DNA of 59,150 nucleotides, filler included, from Sphacelaria rigidula (GCA_964200075.2; 6 parts of 6 records of this genome joined end to end with filler, not necessarily neighbours in it), one strand, 5' to 3'; counted from the whole stretch's first letter, positions 12,751-24,642 are shown. Notes: a model not told the origin generated them from the letters alone. Numbers and translations: made by a program.

Positions 12751-14236
12751 AGATATGTGTGACTTTACGACAGGTTACAATCGGTCACGCTCTTATCAAT
12801 ATGCATATCATCACTATACTTTTTCTTGCTTATTTTTTGGTGTCCCTAGGAGGCGGGCAGGGACCGTTATCGTGTAGTCCGGTATTTCTAGTTTCGTACA
12901 GCTCGTTGGTCCGTCAAGGCGGTTCCGCTCGACGTCCCCGCTTTATCAGGATCTGCCTTCGAGAAGACTCATCATGATCGCCCGTTTGATGTGCGGGCGG
13001 GCACCAAGGCGGGGCACACACACCAAGTTAGTCCCTGCCTAGGCAATGTCGTAGTCCCTCCGACTGAACGTATATTTAAGTGCTCGCAGCTCGCCGCTGT
13101 GCACGAGTTACCCTATCCATCCAGACTTCGGCCCACTAAAACGGCAATACTGTTCGCATGAACAGTTGCGTGTACAACTGATCTGCAGAACTGTGTCATC
13201 TGTACAACATCACATCGTTGTCATCTATATAACTCGGCTCAGGGGAGCGCAGCGGCTTCTCGTCGACCCGCGCGATTTGAATGTCATGTATACCAAAAGC
13301 TACCGCTTGTCCGTGGAATCCCAATCTAGTATACAAGAAACACTTTGCCGCACCCGTAAGATCCGGATCAAATGTACAAGAAGCGATATTCGGGATTCCT
13401 CACCTACTAACCTGTATGGCTCGGGTACATTGTGCATGTTCACAAGCCCGTAGTTTGACTGCAGCAGCCCGGGCACATGGAACATGACCTCTATGTATTT
13501 ATTCCGAGGGGTTCCACGGTAGGGATGCACATATTTTTTCTGAGGCTCTGCACTGTCGGAGCGTGTCCATGACAAACATCTGGGCCTTGGCGTTCAGCTT
13601 CAGAAAATGATTGGACTGACGGGTGCACCCTTACCGTGGAATCCCTGCGCAGGACTCATCGGTGAAGTGCATGAGTATCACTGTGGAGCTTCGATCTCTG
13701 CTCGCGTGCTCAACACAGTGTAGACGTGTGGAAGAAACGGGATTTGTCATGAGCCTAAGGAGCGAGGTCATCTCGCACAACACGCATCGCCTGCTGATAG
13801 CAACATCCGGCCAGTTCACACTCAAAATAGTAAGTACAGCAGCGGCCTCTGAGCATTAGCATAGGCTTCACTTGGTAGCTTTTTTTTTTTCGTGTGCTCT
13901 TAGCGCTAAGCGTCTTGACGTAACGTAACTTGGACTTATTCACTCCGGTAGCAGTAGCAGTAGCGGCGCGGAATAATGGTTGTGATTTGCGTAGATGACA
14001 CCTATGTTCATTTGTGCCAGCGGCAGTATGGACGACTGTTTTCGTATTTTGTCGCTCAGGGTGCACACTCATGCGCCTCGGGAAAAGGAAGGAACAAGAT
14101 ATACCTATATGCTTAATTGACTCATCATGACGCTGTGCGGCCTGCGTCCTCTGGCAAAAAGTTCCGGGGAAGAGTCATGGACGTGTACATTGCCGGCGTT
14201 GATGAAGCACGGGTGGCCCCCGCAAGCCTGCCCAAT

Positions 14237-14705
14237 GATCAGCCGTATGACCTTTGCCTATCTGCGATTGATCTGTATCCGTATGACCCGTTCAAGCTAT
14301 ACACTTTTCTCGGCTGGTGACCTGAATAACCCGGTTGCTCCGTACACATGGTCTGGTGAACGATCTTTATGACCCTGTGATTCGTACAAGTCCGCTTGAT
14401 CGTGATCTGTATGACCCGAGTGTTATTACCAGGATTTCCATAGACGATTTATATTCTCCGTTTATCCGTACATTACCTCCTCCGGCACACCTGTGTTATC
14501 CGAATCAGGTGTACTCGAGACGGCAAAGACAACCTGTGTACCCTCATTACTCGAACAAGATACCTCCCTCGTGATCGATGATACCCGGAACACGAGGACC
14601 GTTCCGTACCTAGTTGCACTGTGCCATTCGAATCGTGTACATGAATGTGTTCACACTCTACCTGTATGACCCGGGTGACGCAGATAATGATCTGTCCGGC
14701 GTGTG
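14237..14705 (+). repeat. Degenerate 42-43-bp tandem array with GATCTGTATGACCCG-like core
   Basis: Cores at about 14318, 14361, 14403, 14445, 14487, 14530, 14572, (14615) and 14658. One frame reads as DLYDP 14-aa repeats. Confidence 0.75.
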
Positions 14706-14999
14706 CATGCTTCGAAGACCCAGAGAGCCTCTTGATTTTTTCCCCTATAACTTTCGTAGAGAAGCTCCGACCATCCTCAAACTCGGCAGTTTGGTAGGTA
14801 TGGGTGCTACGAATGGGGGAAAAAAAGAAAAATCGTCGAAGAATACGTCAAAGTTTATCCGCTCTCTACCAGCTTCCGGGGGTTTCAATGTGAAGACTCC
14901 TAGAATCCGTTACAGTTGCTTCAAAATAATAATTGAAAGTTTGACTTGTCCCAAGGTAGTTTGATTGATCGATTGATTGTTGATTGTTGTACTTTAACT

Positions 15000-15707
15000 G
15001 ACCACCCATGGCTCTGTTATGAAACTGATTGACTGCTGAGCTAAACAACCAGCGCTGGCTGACTAGCTCAGCAGTCAACCGGTATCATCACGAAAGCTAA
15101 GTTCGATGGGTCCGTTGCATGACCCGAGCACTCACACTCCAGGGTTGCTCTCCCTGTAACCAACGGTGTTAAGGTCAACCGGTAAACTTCGACCGCTCCC
15201 GGTGCTCAACATCGAAGTCATGTCCTCTTGGCTTTTTCCTTTTTCTTTCGACCGCAGTCTCGCGACATCGAAGATCTGTTTTTCTCGCACAGGGATTCGA
15301 ACCCGAAAACAGAACAAACCGATTGACTGCTGAGCTACACAGCCGGCGCTGGCTGTTCAGCTCAGCAGTCAATCTGTATCTGAAGAAAACGCTAAGTTCT
15401 CGGGTTTGAATCCCTATGCAAGCAAAATAATTCTTCGATCTCGCGAGACTGCGGTAGAAAGAAAAAGGGAAAAGCCAAAACAACTTGACTTCGATGTTGA
15501 GCACCGGGTGCGGTCGAAGTCTACCGGTTGAACTTGACAGCGCGGGTTACAGGGAGAGCAACCCTGTAGTGTGAGTGCTCGGGTCATGCAACGAACCTAC
15601 CGAACTTAGCTTTCGTTATGATACCGGTTGACTCCTGAGCTAGTCAGCCGGCGCTGGCTGTTAGCTCAGCAGTCTATCGGTTTCTTAATAGGGTCCAGCC
15701 GTGGTCG
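15000..15707. repeat. Imperfect ~700-bp palindrome containing three ~50-bp tRNA-derived hairpins
   Basis: The arms are reverse complements about ~15347. Hairpins TTGACTGCTGAGCTA...TAGCTCAGCAGTCAA lie at 15029-15078, 15321-15374 and 15628-15675. B-box-like motifs at 15292-15303 (-) and 15403-15414 (+). Confidence 0.9.
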
Positions 15708-16102
15708 CATGATAAACATACCCAATAGAAGCAAGACTGAAGGACTCGCTCAAGAAAAGAAGGAACAGAAAAAAAGTCTAGAGATAATAGACTAAGACGT
15801 GACACAAGAAAAAAGAAGGAAAAAGATTAAACAAAAGCAAAGCACAGGAAGAGATGGCCGATCTAAAAAAAGGGGGGGGGGGGGGGGGNNNNNNNNNGGA
15901 GAAAAATAATGGAACAAAATAATGAGGAAGGGAAAAGCCCAAGGGATTCAGGGCAGCAGTACAAAGTTTCGTTGCGTAACTCGAAAAGCTGATCCGAAAT
16001 GGTCGATTTCAACCCAAGTGCACAAGGAAAACGTCCTTAGCACACTATAATCAAGAAAGGTGGGGATGTCTTACATTTGTATACTTCAACAACGCACATA
16101 CG

Positions 16103-16251
16103 GACCCTGAAAATTTGCACACGGGTGCTCTGAGACACCGCCTCCCAGGACGCCGAATATCTGGCGAGAAAAGAAACGACAGAAAGACCCCATCCATACT
16201 TTACAGCCTTTTAAAATATCTCAGAGCACCCGTGTGCAAATTTTCAGGGTC
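16103..16251. mobile_element. Small MITE-like element with perfect 33-bp inverted repeats
   Basis: GACCCTGAAAATTTGCACACGGGTGCTCTGAGA at 16103-16135 and its exact reverse complement at 16219-16251. Confidence 0.7.
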
Positions 16252-16319
16252 TAACTCGACAAATAAGGCGTGAACAGTCGCCCGTATGTTGAATTCCGGT
16301 CGTTCACCCGGAACCAGCC

Positions 16320-16715
16320 TGTATCCATTAGCATGTCAACCGGCAGCGTTACCTGGTGACAATGAAGACTCATGCCTTCCTCGTGCGGCCCTAGCCCCAG
16401 CTCCCAACCTTGAAAGATCGACTCTAGCTGCGGGCCTTCCGTCGCCGAGTCGCCATCGCTGCCGCCAGTAATAATAGGTCGGGGATGACCCCCGGACATC
16501 ATGGAGTCTCATTCTACGGGACCCCATGTTGTTCGGGGGTCGTCCCCGACCTATTATTACTGGTGACGTTGATGGCGACTCAGCGACTGAAGGCCCGCAG
16601 CTAGAGTCGATCTTCCAAGCGTGGGAGCAGGGGCTAGGGCTGCACAAGGAAGGAATGAGTTTTCATTTTGACCAAGTAACGCCGCCAATGGTGATGGTGA
16701 CATACTAACGGATAT
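16320..16715. repeat. Long imperfect hairpin/foldback (~190-bp arms, 11-nt loop)
   Basis: 16320-16508 is reverse-complementary to 16520-16715. The opposite-strand ORFs 16251-16502 and 16526-16708 translate to near-identical peptides. Confidence 0.9.
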
Positions 16716-17727
16716 CGCTCCAGGTAGACAGGCGGTCCGGTCCTACGGTGCGGTTTACCTTCTCTGCCTGGTCAAATTGTCGAAATACTTTGAGTTACGG
16801 GTGGTCAGGATCTTTGACGAAGTCTGTGTACAAGCCTTCGTCCATGTCACCTCTGTTTTTGATCGGTGCGTGGGCTCTAGGGTATAAGGGTGCCAGTTTG
16901 TGGGCACCCGAGTGCTAGCCGAGACGGTGTGCTATTTCCATACTTCTCTGATCAGTAGAGTTCGATAAGCAGGGCAAAATAGGCTCTTCCTTGGCCGAAG
17001 ACCGGTGTTCCCGCTGGAGAGTAGTCCTAAAGTTCTAGTTGGCGGATGGTGCTTTGTATTATTCGCAGGCAGGCAGTTGACTATGCTAGATGTCCCAAGC
17101 TTTGTCGAAATTCGTTTTGAGCTAAGGTGAGTGCGAACGACTGAAAACAGCAAACACGAAGTATGACCTAGAAACACGAGGTATGTCTAGATGTCTAGAG
17201 TGTGACGTATAATGCCTAGTCGTCTGAAATATGACACATCACGTCTAACAGCCTGTAACATCCCCCCAGCCTAATTGCCATTAGGCTGAGGAAAAATAAT
17301 ACAGGATTGTGAGGGACCAAACGAATTCTCAAGTCTGCGCACCATCCGCTCGCCACGAAAGATGAGAAACCTGCATGGTTACGGCGTAAAGAAGAATCCG
17401 CTATGATCGTAATGGATGGGAAAACCCTGATAAGCAGGAAAAACCCCACCCTTAATAAGAGAAAAAAACTTCCACCCCCTGTCCGACAACAGCGAGTACT
17501 TTCGCATGTCCCATGCATCTTCCCGGGATCTTCATCACACTGAAAAGCAGCGATCATCGAGAATAGATGGTGACTACGCTTCGGTGTACATTTTTAGCAG
17601 ATTTGGCGTTTGTTGTTTGTCTGTTTGTTTTTCTTCTTTTTTTTTTCCCCGTTGAACTAGGGGGAGCTACTTCTCACCAGTTTTCGTGGCGTTTCATCTT
17701 ATTTTCATTTTCGGTAATATGTCTTGT

Positions 17728-17817
17728 AAGGAATAGCAGGGACGGTATTGGAAAGGCGAGCCTACGTATGTGACCACGGGTCCGCGAGATCGGACTCAGG
17801 TGCGGAAAAACTAAATA

Positions 17818-17885
<68 letters not shown>
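17728..17885 (+). mobile_element. Non-LTR retroelement 3' end with (TAA)n tail
   Basis: Homologous to 11969-12055, followed by a long (AAT)n run. Confidence 0.6.
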
Positions 17886-18409
17886 GCGCTTGGACGCCCC
17901 TGATTAGTTGCACTCATCCTGGGTAGTGTTGGATCCGAGGCCATCTAAAAAAACCTACCTCGAACTGGTCAGTTGCTGTGGAAGCGACGTCCATGGTGAG
18001 GGAAACTCTCTGACAGTTAATGACGTTTACCCTACTAGGTATTGAGCCCACGCGCCTTGGCTCTCACATCGACTCCCGCCTACCCTGTTGGGTACTGAGC
18101 CCAAGCGCCTCGGCTCCTACATCAAGTAGGGCATGCCACTTTCGCAAGACATACATATGCATTTTGTATGCAACAAGAAAATCGGGCATCAACTGAGACA
18201 CGAAACACATACATCTTTTACGAGGCGTACATAAAAAGAATAGGCATCAACTAACTAGCCCACAAGCACATCGATTTGCAAGGCATATATACATCTTTCA
18301 TACTCAACAAGAAGATACGCGCTTCTCACGCCTCTCTTGAAACGTGCGGTTCATACGCGATTTTCAAGCGATTACACTCGGTAATTCCCTGAAACCCATT
18401 CACCGTGAC

Positions 18410-19369
18410 ACCAGTGACTACTCGTCAGCCTACTGTACCGCGTGCTACGTTCAGTCTCCACGTTTGAGCATGAGATGCTCGTTTCCGGCGTGATAGTTTC
18501 TCTCGGTGTCCATCGTCGTATCGTACTCGCCGAGAGCGATTCCCGTAATCATACACCTGACCTTTTTGCTTCACATCGCCAAAGCCCTTCCAGAAGACAA
18601 GGGAGCAGGGCACTTCTTCAAGCGGGATGGCGAGTCAGACGTTATACCGCAGGGTGATCGAGGTGCCACGGTGCGTGGAAAGCGTCGAGTTCCAAGGGGG
18701 AAAACTTTCTCGGAATCTACTCTCGGGTAACACCATTCTAAAACCTCTTCCTTTGGCGTCTTCCCTCCACATTCCCACCCGTTAGTGTCTGAAGGGGAGT
18801 AGGATTCTCGGCGATTCACCTAGGTGACAAAATCGCGGGTCAGGTGAGATAGAAACGTCGCTTTCCAAGCTGGTCCCCACATGTATTGGGCGAACTCGTC
18901 TACGGAGGAATATCTTGAATGGGGTGGGTGGATATAGAAGGGTTTCAATCCTGAGACAGCTATCCCATTTCTGCAGTGTTCACGATCTTGACATGACTAC
19001 TTCTACACTGAATCCCGTCATCAATACTTCCTTCACTTTCCAAGGGCTCGTGTACCTTTTGCGCTGCAGTTTCCTTCCCTCACCGGCGCGGTGCAGCGCA
19101 CTGTCTTCTTCGCGTACCATGACTAGATCTCCCTCCTTAAACGACACCCCGGCTGAAGTCCTCGCGATAGTGGCGTTCGCTTTCACTCGAATTGACTCTT
19201 TCGTCGCAATTCGTATTTCCCGCGCTAGACATACCTTCCTGAAGTAGTTTTGTCTTGCGCTGTCCGACGAAGGCATCCAAGTCCTTTGCTCGATTTTGCC
19301 TCGTGGGACATGAGTGTGAGCTAATCAAGAGTCGTGCCAGGCTTGTGGCTGACCAAGAGCTCGAAGGTA
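18410..19369 (-). mobile_element. Degenerate Ty3/Gypsy integrase C-terminal fragment
   Basis: 'SFKEGDLVMVRE...KLQRKRYTSPWKVKEV' resembles the GPY/F region of Gypsy integrase. It is interrupted by stops and a MITE. Confidence 0.65.
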
Positions 19370-19623
19370 GGAGTCATCCTACGATAGGGGGGGGGGTATT
19401 TGGTTGCACGAAAAATGAGGCTTCTAAGTGTGTCAGACGACCTGCCACACTCGCGGTGCGCTTGTATTTGGTTCGAAGTGATGTCACTCGGCATGAATGA
19501 GCGTCACGTATCTATAACAAGCTTATTCGAGCAGCCGTTGCTGCTTTTGACGACGATTTGACCTGGATTCGTGCAACAAATGGCCCAAAATACCCCCCCC
19601 CCCCCCTAACGTAGGATGACTCG
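19370..19623. mobile_element. Tc1/mariner-type MITE (~250 bp)
   Basis: TIR (C/G)GAGTCATCCTACG(A/T)TAG-polyG-TATTT, with TA flanks at 19368-19369 and 19624-19625. Confidence 0.7.
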
Positions 19624-19653
19624 TAGACATGCCAGAAGGTAGCGAAATACCAG

Positions 19654-19753
19654 NNNNNNNNNNNNNNNNNNNNNNNNNNNNNNNNNNNNNNNNNNNNTTA
19701 ATTAATTAANNNNNNNNNNNNNNNNNNNNNNNNNNNNNNNNNNNNNNNNNNNN
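19654..19753. other. Artificial contig linker
   Basis: N44-TTAATTAATTAA-N44. Confidence 0.98.
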
Positions 19754-20394
19754 CGTCTCGAAAGGGATGCGTGGTCAATGGTCGAACGACTAAGGCAAGC
19801 AACATATGAGTACGCCCCCCCCCTCCTCCACCCTCGTCACGAATTCGTGGTCTTGGGGGATCTACGCTTTGCTCCCCCAGTATATTCCTGACGATAAATT
19901 CGCGTTGAACAGCACTTCCACCGGCCCTAATACTACACTATCGCCATCCTTCGTGTAGCTTTTCACGTCTTCACGTTTCTCGACGACTGAGACTCCGTAC
20001 GAAACGATAGCATCTGTAGTCATAGAAAACACACGAAATCTGGCCGAGCTAGCCCTTGACATGCGACTTTTAGCCACCGCGCGCGAGCGGCGTCGCACCG
20101 GCAATTCGAGGCGGCATCAGGAAAGGCGGGCGTTGTTGGTCTACTACGACCGTCTTCTTTCAACAGTGCTTTTTCACCGCTGTACGTATTGGCGACGGTA
20201 TCCACAGTTTGGCGCGTTCAGTAACAAAGACGGCGATTTTGCCATCTTGGCTCCCCGCATGGCCGCATTCTTGCTGCCCGATTATTGACTGTGCCTGCTT
20301 CATCGCCTAGCCGTGTGTGAGTAATATTCGGGAGCGCTTACGCGTGCTGAAACACTGTTTTGTTCGCGGTGCTATCGACGGGAAAAAAAAACAG

Positions 20395-20523
20395 ATAGAG
20401 CAGTTTGTCGCGAGCACAGGAGACACTAACGAGCTCGAGACGTACGACTTGGACTACTACACCAAAAGCGTCCGTATCTCCGGAATCTTCAAGACAGCCG
20501 GCGATACGATCAGCATCTCCGAG
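20395..20523 (+). CDS. Galactose-binding-like plus beta-helix protein, exon A (IEQFVASTGDTNELETYDL...DTISISE)
   Basis: Acceptor acAG and donor GTatgg; 129 nt. SISE joins VEFL of the next exon, a typical end of an F5/8C-like module. Confidence 0.75.
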
Positions 20524-20531
20524 GTATGGAC

Positions 20532-20823
20532 TGTGACGAGAATACGCCGTTACGTTGAGTTGGTAGTGATGATATGAATAATGACCGGGGGCACGGGGAT
20601 TCTGGGAGGATTCTGGGAGGATTCTGGGAGGATTCTGGGAGGATTCTGGATAATGACCGGGGACACGGGGATTATGCCTTGTGGGTCTAGAAGGCTGGTG
20701 CCTGGTAGGACACTCCTGATAATGAGAATGTTGTAGAGGTTGACAACTGAAACTGAGGCCAGTAAGACTGGGGAGTCCCTCAACAGCAGTCATCCACCAG
20801 TTTTTCTTCCGGCTGGCGTCACA
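20532..20823 (+). mobile_element. Solo LTR of the Gypsy family seen at 52191-57957
   Basis: TGTGACG...CGTCACA termini, 4-bp target duplication GGAC (20528-20531 and 20824-20827), and homology to the other LTR copies. Confidence 0.9.
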
Positions 20824-21319
20824 GGACTAATGCGTATATTCTACATGTACCGAGATTTTCTACGGCGTTTACGTTGCACTCGTGCGAACCGGTTTTTTAA
20901 AAAGACGCGCGGCAAGTGAAGGCGGAGGGCAGTTCAAAGCCCACGCGTAAATTGAGCAATCCACTACTGTGGAGATCATCATGTCAACAGAGTTCAGTAC
21001 GACATTGACACGCGACTTCTTTCCCCCGAAAAACACGGCATTTTCCTGGTCGAGCGACATTCTCGACCATACGGGGCACGCTCTCTTTGTGAACCAATTT
21101 CGCCCTTTGACGGATTCTATTACACGCCTTTTCAGTTGTTTTCACCTTACTCCGGATGCCGTGGTCACCGTGTTTTCAACGTCGTACCTTATGTTTTTCC
21201 AATCCCTTCCCCCCCAGAGCAGTATCCGTATCGAAAGGGATGCATGGTCATTGGTCAAACGACTAAGGCAAGAAACTAATGAGAATGTTGCCCCCCCCCC
21301 CGTGCGCGCAGACCAGTGT

Positions 21320-22190
21320 ACATACATACCTTGGCGTAGATAAATCAAAAACTGTTGTGGGGATGCACACAAGGGTACATTGATAAGGAAGCGTAAGGCA
21401 CAGATAGGCAAGATGGACGCGATCCATTGAAGACTCGGACCTCGATACTAAGACTAAGAGACACAGACTACCGATGGATGTGATTGTACCGAGGGTAGAA
21501 TACGCAGGAGAAGTATGGGGAGGGCACGGGAAGTTGGTGAAGCAGCTAGAAACAGTGCAGATGGCAGCAGCTAAGGACAAAACAGCATTGAGAGCAGAGT
21601 TGGGAATGTACCCACTTGAAGCAAACAGAGACCTGAAAAAAACGCAGTGACAAAAATCAAGTGAGGAACATGCCAGTAAATATATTGTCAGCCATGGTTG
21701 ATAGGGCTCTACGGAGGAAAATGACGAAGCGGCCGGCTGGAATAAGGTGGAATAGCGCAGCCAAGAAAGTACGGAAGGATATACGAGGAACCCGCGACGA
21801 GGGAATATCCATAGATGAATGTGGGGGGGTACAAAAACAACAGACTCGATTGAAATAACGGGAACACGAGCGTTCAGACGGCAAGTAGACGAGGGAGGGC
21901 ACCTGAATATAAACGGGGGGTTGAGAGAGGGGATAGGGATGATAAAATATTTCCATGGCCCAATGGACTACGACAAGAAGTAACGGGACGTGTTAGAGGG
22001 GGAAATGCGGGAACTAAACAAAGGTGCCATGAAATCGTTTGGCATATTAGAGTAGAAAAAAAACGATCGCTGTACCAGGAGAAAGGTGGTGGCCACAGAC
22101 GGTGAGACAGGAATAAGGGGATACTGTGAGAACCACTACATAGAAGGGACATATTGTCACAAATGTCAAGGTGTCAAAGAATCAACTTTT
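21320..22190 (+). mobile_element. Degenerate LINE 3' portion (RT C-terminal region)
   Basis: Fragments 'IVPRVEYAGEVW..KQLETVQMAAAK', 'LRAELGMYPL' and 'RWWPQT'. A related piece ('AILGDRWWP') lies at 49377-49452 on the minus strand. Confidence 0.7.
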
Positions 22191-24555
22191 CACATTGGCG
22201 ACACTATGAGATAGCTCGTACGCTTCACGCACAGAAGGTCCCGGGTTCACATCCCGGATCACAATAAAATGGTGGGAACCAGAAAACAAATGGTGGATAC
22301 CCTCTGATGCAGAGTACCAAAACTCACGGAAACAAATCCTGCGGCGATTTTTGGTGGGGCGGCCCAACACACGCAGAAGATACGTGAATTAAAAGGCAAA
22401 ATTTCAACGGCTAGCCGGCGTAAACCATCGCTCTTACAACACCTTCAAGAGGTTTATGAAACGGGAGGATGGGGAATAACCACACAAAAGAGACAATTTC
22501 AGGCTACTGTCAGTGAAGGAATCTCCTTTTCACAATAAGATATATAAAACGGTTTGTGAAAGATATGAAAAAAGCGTCATGAGCGCCGAAATGCTTGAGG
22601 CGTCTGTCTTTATTAGGAGTAGGACCGGTGCTCCGTCTCGAATGGGATGCGTGGTCAAGGGTCAAAGACCATGGCCAGGAATGAGTGCGTACGCCCCTCC
22701 TTCCCCCTCCTCCCCTTTTAGGGGTTGCCGTCGGTTGGCAACGGCGCTGTAAAGCACGCCACTCACTGCGTAAGCTAGGCAACCCAGGTTTTCGTTTTCG
22801 TACCTGCTCGCCTTTTTTTCGTGACAAGCATGATGGTGGGCGGCTTAAATCATATGGTGCGGGGTGGGAGAACACCAACTCCGCGCGAAGGGAATGATCG
22901 TGAGGGAACACGAACTCCGCGCGAAGGGGATGATCGTACAACGTAGTGTTGAAATGATGAGGCGCCCATGAGGTAGTGTAGCCCGTGGCTGCCTCTGGAA
23001 GAGGCAACGCCAGGAAATAGAGCAAATCATTTGATGCTGTCATCCGACTGTAAGAAAGTCAGTACGCTTCGCGCCGTACACTCCTAGCAGAATACACATC
23101 ACCCCTCATGCCACTCGCCGGACATATCACGACGCTTCGGGCTTGATGATTGCGAGTCTGGTCCGGCAAAAACCCGGCGTGCTCCATCCAGGCTTTGTAG
23201 AGATGCAAGGCCAGTGGTCTTGTGACTACGGTATGCAAGAGCATGATGAGCACACCCCCCCTCCCCCTCCCCACGCTCTCTCCCCATGCGCTCGACTGAC
23301 CAGCTCGTCGCCGCCCCGGTGTCCATCCTACACTTAGTTCTCGAGCATTAGATCGGAACTCACCTCCGCAGGCCATCGTTATTCACTCACTTTTCTCATC
23401 TTTACCGACTCTCGTATTCATGGTGTAGAACGACGGAAACCAGGGGAGAAGACTCCGCTGGTGGCATTAGAGCTACTGTACGTATGATCACTTTGACCAC
23501 TGGGCGGCTGTCGAGAGAGAAGATGGAGTGATTTGGTTTCGATAAATATACGTGGCGACTCCAGCGTGTTGCTTTTACATATTGATTAAGCGCAAGTAGC
23601 GGTGGTGTTATTTGTCCACTTTTCCTCTTGTTTGGACTTTTGTAGGTTGTAGTATTCGGCTGAACAGTTCAAGGGGTGTGTTAGGTAGAGAGTGTTTCCT
23701 CCAGTTGGGTATTTAGAAAAATCGTACTCGAATCCCCCAAAAATGGAACCTTTAGATCGCACTCGATGGTATGCAGGTATTGGGTAGAGGGATGTGACCG
23801 TACATAACTTTACCCAACTTTTGGGTAGACTTTGGGGATCGGGCCATCGCAACACGAAATTCGGGAGAGTCAACATCCGGGTATCTACCCTGTCCAACAC
23901 ACCCTTGAAACGTTTGTTCTTTCGACAGCGTCGCAGGTCAGTCATGAAATTTATCTTGAAAAAATTACGACACTCTTCCCGGGAGGAAAACTGGAAATCT
24001 AGGCACTCTGCGGCTATCTACATAGCACTCCGTATGATGAACATACCAAGGACAATCCGTTGTCGTCCATATGACCCGCCGAAAAAGCGCCATGTAGTCG
24101 GACATTCCCATTCCACAAGAACATCGGTGACGTTGTGCACGCCGTCGTAAGTTACGCTATCCAACCCTGGAATAATTTAATTATTCGATCTATCTCCACA
24201 TATTCGACGAATCGTGACTCGTCTCACCAACTACATAACTTTGTTCTAAAGATCGCGATTCGAATATGACCCAGACCGTGATCGTGCTCTGCTTTGCAGC
24301 TCCACTGCCTGCAATCTCTGGACGCCGGATGTCGACGGAGTAGCGCAAATTTGGTGCTTGAAACTCTCTTGACCTGCGGTCATTTCATTTCCCCCTCCAT
24401 TTTGGATGGATCATGATTTGCCTTTTGCGTGTGCGACTTTCAAGAGCAACTCCGTGAAAATTCTAGCGCATGCCTTGACGTTCATCAGAAACTTCGTCCA
24501 CAGCAGTGACGTATCCTAGTTCTCGTCCCTTCTGACAACCGCCGTTTCTGTCTAG

Positions 24556-24642
24556 GTGGAGTTCCTAGAGGAACCAGAGGCAGACGGCGTGCTGGTGATA
24601 TCCTCGTTCAACACCCCGTTTGACAGCGAGGAGCAGTCGACG
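24556..24642 (+). CDS. Galactose-binding-like plus beta-helix protein, exon B (VEFLEEPEADG...EEQST)
   Basis: Acceptor ctAG and donor GTaagt; 87 nt, phase 0. Confidence 0.78.

Noticed and set aside
14318-14674. CRISPR array
   Set aside because: The cores are short and degenerate, the spacers share residual similarity, there are no cas genes, and the context is eukaryotic.
16251-16708. Divergent pair of paralogous small proteins
   Set aside because: The peptide similarity simply reflects the DNA palindrome, and many differences are non-synonymous.
11318-17944. Poly-Thr/Val/Leu/Ser/Gln/Ile/Tyr ORFs
   Set aside because: They are translations of microsatellites.
22195-22262. Functional tRNA gene
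   Set aside because: Only the 3' half resembles a tRNA (AGAAGGTCCCGGGTTCACATCCC). There is no acceptor or D-stem pairing.
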